Below are positions 48,434 to 57,410 of a DNA stretch of 64,000 bases, in pieces. Every line of letters begins with the position of its first letter. Position 1 is the stretch's first letter. The DNA comes from an uncultured Pseudomonadota bacterium (GTDB taxonomy: Bacteria; Pseudomonadota; Alphaproteobacteria; Rs-D84): assembly GCA_949288265.1 (NCBI GenBank), contig CASEJM010000015.1, positions 2,052 through 66,051 of the forward strand. The letters run 5' to 3'. The notes below the pieces were generated by a model. It had not been told where the DNA came from, made no database searches, and saw only the letters and a program-made list of their open reading frames with translations. A program made the position numbers and the translations under genes.

Positions 48434-48706
48434 TTATTTACGCAGACCTAACTTTTTAATCAGATCTTCATATTCCGCAGGATTACGTTTCTTAATATAC
48501 GATAATAACTTCTTGCGGCGATTAACCATCAACAATAAACCACGTTTAGAATGTTGGTCATTGTGATTGTTTTTCATATGTTCTGTCAAATTGCGAATAC
48601 GTTCCGTCAGAACCGCAACCTGAGATGCTGCAGAACCACCGTTATCTTTTTCAGTTGTTTTATACGCCTGAATTAATTCGCTTTTCTTTTCTTTTGTGAC
48701 GGACAT
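48434..48706 (-). CDS. rpsO: 30S ribosomal protein S15
   Basis: 90 aa; GSxEVQVAxLTxRIxxLTEHxKxHxKDHHSRRGLL signature. Confidence 0.9.
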   Translation of the reverse strand: MSVTKEKKSELIQAYKTTEKDNGGSAASQVAVLTERIRNLTEHMKNNHNDQHSKRGLLLMVNRRKKLLSYIKKRNPAEYEDLIKKLGLRK

Positions 48707-48722
48707 TATTTTTCCTTTTTAT

Positions 48723-49598
48723 TTAAATTGTTCTTTTTGGTCGCAAAACGCCGTCAATAAAAACGCCTATTCCGACAAAGTCAGAACCGTTATATACTCG
48801 ACATAAACCGTCTTGCCCGTTAATTTCGATAAACCCGCCGTTTTTGTATAATCTGACTTGCTTATCGTCTAAATTCTGAACCGGAATGTCCCCCAGCCCA
48901 AAATCAATTGGTTTCAAGATTTCCTTGAAATCTGCACTATTATTAAACAGATTTTCCAAAAAATCAAGTTGTACAGTATCTTTTATTCCGAACCCAAGAC
49001 TTTCCGTGCGCCGTATCATATCAACTGTTGCAATGGTTCCGCATAATTTTGCCACATCTCGTGCAATAGATCGTACGTACGTTCCGCGACTGCAACGCAC
49101 TTTAAACGTCCACCTATTATCTTCTACTTCTAACAAATCCAGTGCCTCTATACGAACGTTACGCGAAGGAATATTATCTATTACCCTGCTCTGACGTGCC
49201 AAATCATATGCACGCTTACCGTCTATATGTATCGCACTATAAACTGGTGGCACTTGCTTTATGTCTCCAACCAGTTTTGACAATATTGATAAAACTTCTT
49301 TTTTATTTGGTATAATATCCGTACGTTCAATTTCCTTTCCTGTTATATCCAGTGTATCTGTTTCAAAACCAAACTGTAACGAAAACATATACTCTTTGAT
49401 AGTGGGTCTAATTTCTTCCATGAACGGAATCATTTTTGTCGCGTTTCCAATAGCAATGGGTAATACACCAGATGCCATAGAATCCAAAGTCCCAATATGT
49501 CCGAATGTTTTATTGCCAAACATACGTGCAACTTTCGCACCGGCTTTACGGCTTAATATACCAGAAGGTTTATCTAAAATGATCCAGCCTGATAACAA
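48723..49598 (-). CDS. truB: tRNA pseudouridine-55 synthase TruB
   Basis: TruB catalytic motif GxGHxGTLDxxAxGVL (GHIGTLDSMASGVLPI) and a PUA-like C-terminus. Confidence 0.85.
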   Translation of the reverse strand: MLSGWIILDKPSGILSRKAGAKVARMFGNKTFGHIGTLDSMASGVLPIAIGNATKMIPFMEEIRPTIKEYMFSLQFGFETDTLDITGKEIERTDIIPNKKEVLSILSKLVGDIKQVPPVYSAIHIDGKRAYDLARQSRVIDNIPSRNVRIEALDLLEVEDNRWTFKVRCSRGTYVRSIARDVAKLCGTIATVDMIRRTESLGFGIKDTVQLDFLENLFNNSADFKEILKPIDFGLGDIPVQNLDDKQVRLYKNGGFIEINGQDGLCRVYNGSDFVGIGVFIDGVLRPKRTI

Positions 49599-49601
49599 TA
49601 T

Positions 49602-50105
49602 TTAACGTTCCTTAATAATTGCTTTTCTTATTTTAGCATTGTTTTTTTCCGTCTGCTTAAAAAACTTTTCCATAACGCTGTCACATAAATATTTTTTAGG
49701 CCATACCTGCGATAAAGAATTCAAGTGTAACACGGCATCTGCCATACCTTTATTAAACCTAATTTCCCTATAAACGCGATTAACATTACCATTTTCGTCA
49801 TAGTTAAAATCATCCATTGGAACCAAAGCCCAAAAATTTCCATTTTTATCTTTTCTTAAAAATTTAGCCACAATAAACTTTGGTCCCCACTTAATTTCGG
49901 ACACAAAGGCACCCTCTTCCGTTAGAATTCCAAATTTATGCCCCAATTGAAATTCAGGTAAACCAACTGAAATATCAAAATTCTTATGAGATTTCATAAA
50001 ATCAAAATTTTGTATAAAACATTTTAATTCATTAAGATTATAAAATTCTTTGTACTTTGGACTATAAAAAGAAGTTTTAAACGAATAAATATTATAAACG
50101 ATCAT
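49602..50105 (-). CDS. Hypothetical protein (AT-rich, N/K/F/Y-rich) occupying the position where rbfA normally sits
   Basis: 167-aa ORF whose stop overlaps the truB start. No RbfA (KH) signature and no recognised domain. Confidence 0.4.
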   Translation of the reverse strand: MIVYNIYSFKTSFYSPKYKEFYNLNELKCFIQNFDFMKSHKNFDISVGLPEFQLGHKFGILTEEGAFVSEIKWGPKFIVAKFLRKDKNGNFWALVPMDDFNYDENGNVNRVYREIRFNKGMADAVLHLNSLSQVWPKKYLCDSVMEKFFKQTEKNNAKIRKAIIKER

Positions 50106-50117
50106 CTTTTACCCCTT

Positions 50118-52670
50118 TCATCCAAATAAATTCAATTGTGTCTTACCATTATCTGATTGAGACACCTTTGTTACCTTCTTCTCTCCATTTTTATTTTCCG
50201 ATACTTTTTCTATTGGTGCAATATCTTGACATAAAGTTTCATTATGAGATTCCAAACCTTCTAAAACTTCTTCTGCGCGCATAACGACAGATTTGGGCAT
50301 TCCAGCCATTTTAGCAACCTGAATTCCATAAGAACGATTTGCAACCCCAGAAACGATTTTATGCATAAATATAATTTCATTATTATGCTCACGTACGTCT
50401 ATCGTCAGACAAGAAACATTTTGCAACTGCCCGGGGCGACAGCCAACCAAAGCGGTTAATTCATGATAATGGGTTGCAAATAATGTTCTTGGTTGCATTT
50501 CATTCAAGAATTCCAATACGGCCTGCGCAATAGCCATACCATCATAAGTAGATGTCCCGCGTCCTATTTCATCAAAAATTATGAACGAAATTTTCGTTGC
50601 TCGTTGCAGGATATTTGCTGTTTCACTCATTTCCACCATAAACGTAGATTGTCCTGCCGCTAGATTATCAGATGCCCCGACGCGACTAAACAACTGATCG
50701 CAAATACCAATTGTTGCACGAACAGCCGGTACGAAAGAACCAAGATGAGCCAAAACCACCAATAAAGCATTTTGACGCAAATAAGTAGATTTACCCGCCA
50801 TATTTGGTCCTGTTAACAATGCAATTGATTTTACGTTTAAATTACAATCATTTTTAACGAAATTATCACCGCGACTACGCAATACAAAATCGATTACGGG
50901 ATGCCTGCCCCCCACTATATCAAAAGCTACATCATCCGTTATTTCTGGACGTACCCAAGAATATTTATCAGCCACATATGCCAACGAATACCAAACATCC
51001 AAATCAGCCAACAACTCTGCCGTGGCCAGTAAATCATCTGCGACAAGACGTATTTTTTCAATCAGCTTTGATATAATATCCGCTTCTATAGCAGCAGATT
51101 TTTCAGCAGCACTACGAACGTCATTATCCAAATCAATTAATCTAGCGGTTGTAAAGCGCATATTACCCGCCATTGTCTGACGATGTATGAAACCAGATTC
51201 AGGTTTCATCAGCCCATCAGCTTTTGCGCTTGGTATCTCTATAAAATACCCCAAAATATTATTATATTTTATTTTTAGATTATGAATTCCCGTTGTTGCG
51301 GCATACTCGGCTTGCATACCAGCAATTGTTTCTTTTGCCCCATGCGCCAAACCACGCATATGATCAAGTGTAACATCAAAACCAGATCTGATAACATCCC
51401 CGTCACGAAAGAAAGTCGGCAATTCATCATTTAAAGCCGAACTTAATTCTAATGCCAATGCGTCATGAGTATTAATTTCTGAAAATCTTGCGAATAAATC
51501 AGCATCTAAACGATTACCTAACATTTTAGCATTAGGTAAATCAATCAAAAAGTTTGTTATATGTCGCATATCACGTGGAGTTCCGCGTCCCGATAAAAGT
51601 CGTGACAAACTACGTCCGACATCAGGCACAGACGATAGAATTTCAGAAACCGTCCCCATAACATCCGTGTTTAATATCAAGTGTCCTATATGCCCCTGAC
51701 GACGTTTTATCTCGTCTTTATCACCCGACAAAGTACGCAAGTACGCCCGAAGTTTACGAGCACCGGCCGCAGTTTTGGTGTTATCCAATACATCAATCAG
51801 ACAAACACCGCCATCATTTATAGGGGAATCAATTTCTAAACTTTTCCACGTGGCAGAATCAATTAATAATTGCCGACCTGACTTATACAAATACGGCGCC
51901 CTAAAAGTTATAGAAGCACCACGCTGAGTGTTAAATAAATAACCTGCAAGTAATCTTACTGCGCTATCATAACTTGTGAACACAACATCCGAAGGTTTTA
52001 CTGCCCCACCAAAAACGCTAGAAACAATTTTATCTATGTCGGCACGGTGGTATAATTTTTCATATACTGGGGTCGTTTTGAAAACGTCTCGCAGATGCAT
52101 AATTGTTTCATTTTCGGCAATATTTTCAGGATATATAATTTCCGCTGGGTTTATACGAACCAAATCATCCAAAACGTCCGACGTTTTTCCTATAAAGAAC
52201 TCACCAGTTGAAATGTCGCACCCTGCAATATCAAATATTCCGTCTTCTGCCATTACAACCGCGATTAAAAAATTAGAATTTTTCGGCGTAAGCAAATTTT
52301 CATCAGTCAATGTCCCAGGCGTTAAAACGCGAATGATTTTTCTATCTATAAATTTATGCCCACGAGCCTTTGCCTCAGCCGGTGTTTCCATCTGTTCTAC
52401 CAGCGCAACACGAAAACCGGCACGTACCAAACGACCGAAATAATTATCAGCCGCATGCCAAGGAATTCCGCACATTGGTATATCCTGCCCATCGGCATCT
52501 GTTCCACGTTGCGTCAAAACCAAACCTAAATTTTTACTGATTACTTTTGCGTCTTCAAAAAAAGCCTCATAAAAATCCCCTAAACGAAACATCAGCAGGG
52601 CGTCAGGATTTTCTTCCTTCATATCAACGTACTGCTGCATAACTGGGGTCAACTTACTTCTATCTGCCAC
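50118..52670 (-). CDS. mutS: DNA mismatch repair protein MutS
   Basis: N-terminal mismatch-binding motif (GDFYEAF), Walker A GPNMAGKST, DEIGRGTSTYDG. Confidence 0.9.
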   Translation of the reverse strand: MADRSKLTPVMQQYVDMKEENPDALLMFRLGDFYEAFFEDAKVISKNLGLVLTQRGTDADGQDIPMCGIPWHAADNYFGRLVRAGFRVALVEQMETPAEAKARGHKFIDRKIIRVLTPGTLTDENLLTPKNSNFLIAVVMAEDGIFDIAGCDISTGEFFIGKTSDVLDDLVRINPAEIIYPENIAENETIMHLRDVFKTTPVYEKLYHRADIDKIVSSVFGGAVKPSDVVFTSYDSAVRLLAGYLFNTQRGASITFRAPYLYKSGRQLLIDSATWKSLEIDSPINDGGVCLIDVLDNTKTAAGARKLRAYLRTLSGDKDEIKRRQGHIGHLILNTDVMGTVSEILSSVPDVGRSLSRLLSGRGTPRDMRHITNFLIDLPNAKMLGNRLDADLFARFSEINTHDALALELSSALNDELPTFFRDGDVIRSGFDVTLDHMRGLAHGAKETIAGMQAEYAATTGIHNLKIKYNNILGYFIEIPSAKADGLMKPESGFIHRQTMAGNMRFTTARLIDLDNDVRSAAEKSAAIEADIISKLIEKIRLVADDLLATAELLADLDVWYSLAYVADKYSWVRPEITDDVAFDIVGGRHPVIDFVLRSRGDNFVKNDCNLNVKSIALLTGPNMAGKSTYLRQNALLVVLAHLGSFVPAVRATIGICDQLFSRVGASDNLAAGQSTFMVEMSETANILQRATKISFIIFDEIGRGTSTYDGMAIAQAVLEFLNEMQPRTLFATHYHELTALVGCRPGQLQNVSCLTIDVREHNNEIIFMHKIVSGVANRSYGIQVAKMAGMPKSVVMRAEEVLEGLESHNETLCQDIAPIEKVSENKNGEKKVTKVSQSDNGKTQLNLFG

Positions 52671-52680
52671 GATGAATCCA

Positions 52681-52884
52681 TTATGATTGTGATGGGGTAA
52701 CTTTTAAAGTTTCTATTTTCAATTCCGCTTCTTTCAACAGTTGCTCGCAATAAGCTTTTAATTTAATACCTTGCTCATACGCTGCAACAGAATCGGCCAA
52801 AGGCAATTCCCCTGATTCCATTTTTTTTACTAATTCTGTCAGCTGTTTATATGCGTCTTCAAAAGATAATTTTTTTTCATCCAT
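52681..52884 (-). CDS. xseB: Exodeoxyribonuclease VII small subunit
   Basis: 67 aa; FEDAYKQLTELVKKMESGELPL matches the XseB family (FExxLxxLExIVxxLExGxLxL). Confidence 0.8.
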   Translation of the reverse strand: MDEKKLSFEDAYKQLTELVKKMESGELPLADSVAAYEQGIKLKAYCEQLLKEAELKIETLKVTPSQS

Positions 52885-52975
52885 AAATAACCCTTTTTAG
52901 TATATCGCAACCATACAAAAATAAACATCAAAAGGCAAAGATTTTTTAATAAAAAAACCGCCAATTGGCGGTTTT

Positions 52976-53524
52976 CTATTTTGCTGGGGCAATTATTATA
53001 GACTTAGTTCTTTCGTCTGGTTTGGACTTAGATTCCAATACACCTTTTTCTCCGACCAAATCCATAATTTTGGCAAACAATTCTGGAACAGCATCTTTAC
53101 CGCGCGCCAATACTTTTTTTGAACCACGGGTCATAACTGCAATTCTTACTTTGTTACCTTCCCCCAAAAATTCAAAAACTTTCCTCATTTTTATGTTCAG
53201 ATCATTTTCTTCAATGAAAGGTTTTACCCAAACTTCTTTAATTTCTATAGTTTTCTGATTTTTTCTGGCTTCTGAAGCTCTCTTTTTCTGCTCATATTTA
53301 AACTTACCGAAATCCATAATTTTTGCGATGGTAACTTCACCATTTGTACTGATTTCGACAAGATCTAAACCTTCATCACCAGCCATCTGCAACGCTTGCG
53401 ATGTAGGCATAATTCCTAAATTCTGACCAGTTGAACTAATTACTTGAACGGATTTAGCAAAAATCCGATTGTTTATGCGCGGGCCCGTATCCCGGCGATT
53501 ATCACGGTTAAACGACGTCTTAAT
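52976..53524 (-). CDS. infC: Translation initiation factor IF-3, initiating at an AUU codon
   Basis: The ORF track begins at an internal Met (53410). Translating upstream in-frame gives ...GPRINNRIFAKSVQVISSTGQNLGIM, which aligns with the E. coli IF3 N-terminus ([27 protein letters not shown]). The frame opens at ATT (53524-53522), preceded by AAGGAG with a 6-nt spacer. An in-frame TAA lies 4 codons upstream. Confidence 0.75.
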   Translation of the reverse strand: MKTSFNRDNRRDTGPRINNRIFAKSVQVISSTGQNLGIMPTSQALQMAGDEGLDLVEISTNGEVTIAKIMDFGKFKYEQKKRASEARKNQKTIEIKEVWVKPFIEENDLNIKMRKVFEFLGEGNKVRIAVMTRGSKKVLARGKDAVPELFAKIMDLVGEKGVLESKSKPDERTKSIIIAPAK

Positions 53525-53561
53525 CTTACGCTCCTTTTAAAGGTTACTTGGCAATTATTAT

Positions 53562-54356
53562 CTATTTGTCTGCGCTTTTCAACAAATTTTGAAGCGCCTG
53601 CAATGCATCCCAAGCCTCTCTTTTAGCTGCAGGTTTTAATATTAAATAATTAGGATGATATATCGGCATAACGCTAACGCCCGACGGTAAAACAACCGTC
53701 ATACCATGCCCCCTAGGTAACGCAACCCCTGCCATTTCATTCGCCGACAACGTTCCCAGCGTTAAAACCACATTCGCTTTTAATAATTCTAAAATTCTAT
53801 TAACGAATGGGCGTGCTAAATCCAACTCATTTCTTGTAGGGGTTCGCCCTCCGGGTGTGCGCCAGAAAACCAGTGGGACAATTGATACGTTCTCACGAGA
53901 CATATCTATAGCAGCCATCATTTTATCTAAAAGTTCACCCGCAGCACCGGAAAGAATGCTCCCAGTGGCATCGTCGTCACCACCTGGAACGTCTGTAACT
54001 ATAACTAAACCATTAGGTTTTGTCGCAATATGAGGCAACACAACATTTGTAGCACCGGCTCGTAAAGGATGATTAAACTCAGAAATCATACGACACAAAG
54101 CACTAATATCAACGGGACGCGCGGCCATTGCAGCCGCGGTATCAACAGAAATAACCTGTTGCGGCGCAATTGGTGGAACGATTGAAGTCTGGGTACGCCC
54201 TGCCCCAATGCTTTTTTCTGCAACAGGAACAGCTTTTCGTTCTTCTTTTGCGTCTGTAAACACTGTTTTTGCCAAAGGAATTAAAACCATCGGCATATCC
54301 GATAATTCCCATTTAACCCCCGACAATACTAAATCTCTTAAGTCGAAATCATCCAT
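53562..54356 (-). CDS. Uracil-DNA glycosylase, family 4-like
   Basis: LVIVTDVPGGDDDATGSILSGAAGELLDKMM parallels the family-4 motif A region (GEAPGxxEDxxGxPFVGxAGQLLDRML). C-terminal PIYHPNYLILKP parallels HPAYLLRNP. It has an N-terminal extension of about 90 aa. Confidence 0.65.
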   Translation of the reverse strand: MDDFDLRDLVLSGVKWELSDMPMVLIPLAKTVFTDAKEERKAVPVAEKSIGAGRTQTSIVPPIAPQQVISVDTAAAMAARPVDISALCRMISEFNHPLRAGATNVVLPHIATKPNGLVIVTDVPGGDDDATGSILSGAAGELLDKMMAAIDMSRENVSIVPLVFWRTPGGRTPTRNELDLARPFVNRILELLKANVVLTLGTLSANEMAGVALPRGHGMTVVLPSGVSVMPIYHPNYLILKPAAKREAWDALQALQNLLKSADK

Positions 54357-54434
54357 AGCGTGTTTTTCCTTGATTTTCTAAACCTTTTATTCTAAAATAG
54401 AACACGAGCAACAGAAACTCAAGGGAGTATTTTC

Positions 54435-54851
54435 ATGAAAATAAAAAACTTTGCTATGTTGGCTGGCGTTGCTGGTTTGTTGGCTGCTTGCGGTGGCTCA
54501 TCAATCGTAGAACCAGCTGATTTAAATGATCAACGTGTATTCTTCGCGTTTAATTCATCTGAAATTTCTGATGAAGCACGTGATAACCTGTTGGGTCAAT
54601 CATTGTACATGAAAAACCATGGCGACGTAAAAATCCAGATTGCTGGTAATTGCGACGAACGCGGTTCTACAGAATACAACTTGGCCTTAGGTGCTCGTCG
54701 TGCAAACGCTGCGAAAGCTGTCTTGGTAAATGACGGTATCGAATCATCACGTATTTCCACTATTTCTTATGGTAAAGAACGTCCATTGGTCCAGGGTACT
54801 GGCGAAGAAGTATGGAAATGGAATCGTAATGCCACAACAACAGTTAAATAA
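54435..54851 (+). CDS. pal: Peptidoglycan-associated lipoprotein Pal
   Basis: Lipobox LLAAC and OmpA_C domain (NCDERGSTEYNLALGARRANAAKAVL). Confidence 0.85.
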   Translation: MKIKNFAMLAGVAGLLAACGGSSIVEPADLNDQRVFFAFNSSEISDEARDNLLGQSLYMKNHGDVKIQIAGNCDERGSTEYNLALGARRANAAKAVLVNDGIESSRISTISYGKERPLVQGTGEEVWKWNRNATTTVK

Positions 54852-54951
54852 TTATTATTTAATTGTAAAAACGCCGGTTTATACCGGTGTTTTTTTTAAT
54901 TATATACAAACGTATAACTAAAAAACAAATGCCGGCAAATACCGGCATTTA

Positions 54952-55827
54952 TCACTTTATTAACTTATCAACTAATTCCTGCATTTGAGTACGCGTAGAA
55001 AAAGACAAAACAATCTGCCCTGCCCCACCCCGTCTTTCTTGTAATTTTGCCTTGACTCCTAAAACGCTTGATATCTTATTTTCTATATCACGAACCAAGG
55101 CAGAATCTATAGTTTTTGCATTATATGCGCGACTTGTTGATTTACGCGTTGCACCTTTTACTAATTTTTCTGTTTCTGCAACGGATAATTTTTTATTAAT
55201 TATTACCTGCGCTAATTCTGACGGATTTTCTGCCACAACAATTACTCTGGCATGAGAGGCAGACAAATCACCTTTTTCCACCATCTGTTTAACGTCTTCT
55301 GGCAAAGGCTCTAAGCGCATAATATTTTTTATATAGCTTTCAGACTTACCTATTAAACGCGCAACATCGGTCAGCTCATAACCGCACTTTTCCATTATAT
55401 TCTTATATGCATTTCCCTCTTCTATCGGGTTTAAATTTTCACGTTGAACATTTTCAATCAGCGCTATTTCCATAGCGTTTTCTGGCGTAATTTGTTTTAT
55501 TAAGGCAGGTATTTCTGTTAAACCAGCCATTTTACTTGCCCTATACCGGCGTTCACCGGCAACTATTTCGTACATATAAGATTGTCCAGAAACCGCACGC
55601 AATAATATGGGCTGCAAAACACCTTTTTCTTTAATAGATGCCGCCAAATCGCTCAATTCATCTTCTGTAAAAGTTTTACGTGGCTGATCGGGATTTGCCC
55701 CTATTTGTACCAAAGGAATTTGTTTAACAACTACGCGTTCTGCACCGGTTAAGATAGAAATATCCGGGATACTTCCCATTTCCTTATTTAAATCCGCCAA
55801 ACCACGCCCTAAACCAAATTTAGACAT
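54952..55827 (-). CDS. parB: Chromosome partitioning protein ParB
   Basis: ParB box GERRYRA, helix-turn-helix and C-terminal dimerisation region. Immediately downstream of parA. Confidence 0.9.
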   Translation of the reverse strand: MSKFGLGRGLADLNKEMGSIPDISILTGAERVVVKQIPLVQIGANPDQPRKTFTEDELSDLAASIKEKGVLQPILLRAVSGQSYMYEIVAGERRYRASKMAGLTEIPALIKQITPENAMEIALIENVQRENLNPIEEGNAYKNIMEKCGYELTDVARLIGKSESYIKNIMRLEPLPEDVKQMVEKGDLSASHARVIVVAENPSELAQVIINKKLSVAETEKLVKGATRKSTSRAYNAKTIDSALVRDIENKISSVLGVKAKLQERRGGAGQIVLSFSTRTQMQELVDKLIK

Positions 55828-55830
55828 ATT

Positions 55831-56652
55831 TTATTCCCCCTGTGTTTTTTGAATTACTTCCGTTGCTACACGTAAATACGCCTGAGCCCCACTTGAATTA
55901 AAATCATAGAACAAAGCCGGTTTGCCATGGCTAGGTGCCTCAGACACGCGGATATTACGCGGGATAACCGTTTTAAAAACCGTATCACCAAAAGTTTTTC
56001 TAACGTCATCTTCTACCACCCGCGTTATCCCATACCGCTTATCATACATAGTCAATAAAACGCCCAAAATTTCTAATTCTGGATTCCATTTATTTTTTAT
56101 TTCACCAATAGAACGTACTAAATGACTAATCCCTTCAAGGGCATAAAACTCACATTGCAAAGGGATAATCACATTGTTTGCCGTAGTCAAGGCATTCAAA
56201 GTTAAAAAACCCATAGCAGGTGGACAATCTAGCAATATATAATCATAATACTCAAACAAAGACATCAACGCATCCCGCAAACGATATTCACGATTTTCCA
56301 TATCTAATAAATCAACTTCTGCGCCAGCCAAAGCCATTGAAGATGGCATAATATGCAACCCCGGAACCGCAGTAGATAAAATATTATCAGCTGCCTTTGC
56401 CGTCCCCATAATAACCCCATAAACACTTTGCGGATGAGCCGCACGAACAAACCCCAAACCCGTACCGGCATTTCCCTGGGGATCCAAATCAACTAATAAA
56501 ACACGCTTTTTTATCGTTGCCAACGAAGCAGCAATATTTATTGCCGTTGTCGTTTTTCCAACACCACCTTTTTGATTTGCAAACGCAATTATCTGTACCA
56601 TCACACCTTTCCTATCAATTTTATTTCTTTTTTTCAAGATTAGAATAAACAC
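55831..56652 (-). CDS. parA: Chromosome partitioning ATPase ParA (Soj)
   Basis: Deviant Walker A NQKGGVGKTTTAINIA. Confidence 0.9.
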   Translation of the reverse strand: MFILILKKRNKIDRKGVMVQIIAFANQKGGVGKTTTAINIAASLATIKKRVLLVDLDPQGNAGTGLGFVRAAHPQSVYGVIMGTAKAADNILSTAVPGLHIMPSSMALAGAEVDLLDMENREYRLRDALMSLFEYYDYILLDCPPAMGFLTLNALTTANNVIIPLQCEFYALEGISHLVRSIGEIKNKWNPELEILGVLLTMYDKRYGITRVVEDDVRKTFGDTVFKTVIPRNIRVSEAPSHGKPALFYDFNSSGAQAYLRVATEVIQKTQGE

Positions 56653-56718
56653 ACCGATTCGGTCAAGACAATATATTTGTTAAAAATAAAAAACAGCTAT
56701 AAACAATAAATTACACTT

Positions 56719-56734
56719 TGTTTCACATGAAACA
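56719..56734. promoter_or_regulatory. parS-like site TGTTTCACATGAAACA (one mismatch to the consensus TGTTTCACGTGAAACA)
   Basis: 16-bp near-palindrome in the parA-rsmG intergenic region. Confidence 0.5.
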
Positions 56735-56812
56735 AAAAAGATTTACACTCTTTAAAAGAGTCTTGTTTTTTGTTTATATGTAAAAAATTGCTATTTTCAA
56801 TGAGTTAAAACA

Positions 56813-56828
56813 AGTTTCATATGAAACT
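56813..56828. promoter_or_regulatory. Second parS-like perfect palindrome AGTTTCATATGAAACT
   Basis: Perfect 16-bp palindrome overlapping the rsmG stop codon, related to parS (GTTTCAC half-site variant GTTTCAT). Confidence 0.4.
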
Positions 56829-57384
56829 ACCGGTATTTTTTGATGATTATTATATATCCGTCACCGGTTTTTGATGGGATTAATTCATAATCAAAATTGT
56901 ATTTTTTAAAAGCCTCTTCTATTTCTGCCGATATTTCCCGGCCTTTTAATAAGAAAAGTGGCATACGGGTTTGGGCCACATAATCCATAATCTTTATCAA
57001 TGGTGCAAAAGCGCGCGCAGTAAAAACTATTTTTTTATCGTGGGGCAGGGTAGAGACATAATTTTCCACCCGTCCATGATAAATAGTTAAATTATCTAAC
57101 TTTAAATCTTCTTTTACTGCGGTTAAAAACGCAACTTTTTTACCAATAGATTCAATACATACCACCTGCCATCCAAGAATAGCCAACACAACACCGGGAA
57201 AGCCAGCGCCACTTCCTAAATCTATTATGTGTGCGTCTTTTGGTAAAACGTCAGATAACTGTGCGCTATCTGCAAAATGTCTGTTTTCTATATCATCAAG
57301 TGTACTTGGTGCAACCAAGTTCATGCGTTTTGACCATTCTTTCAATAGTGTAGAATATCTATTAAATTTTGCTTTATTATTCAT
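56827..57384 (-). CDS. rsmG: 16S rRNA m7G527 methyltransferase RsmG (GidB)
   Basis: SAM-binding motif DLGSGAGFPG. Position in the parAB-rsmG cluster. Confidence 0.85.
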   Translation of the reverse strand: MNNKAKFNRYSTLLKEWSKRMNLVAPSTLDDIENRHFADSAQLSDVLPKDAHIIDLGSGAGFPGVVLAILGWQVVCIESIGKKVAFLTAVKEDLKLDNLTIYHGRVENYVSTLPHDKKIVFTARAFAPLIKIMDYVAQTRMPLFLLKGREISAEIEEAFKKYNFDYELIPSKTGDGYIIIIKKYR

Positions 57385-57410
57385 AAAGATTATTGTAGCA
57401 TATTTTTACT

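Noticed and set aside
52965-53258. Plus-strand ORF antisense to infC
   Set aside because: Embedded entirely in the well-supported infC coding region with no SD or conserved motif; spurious.
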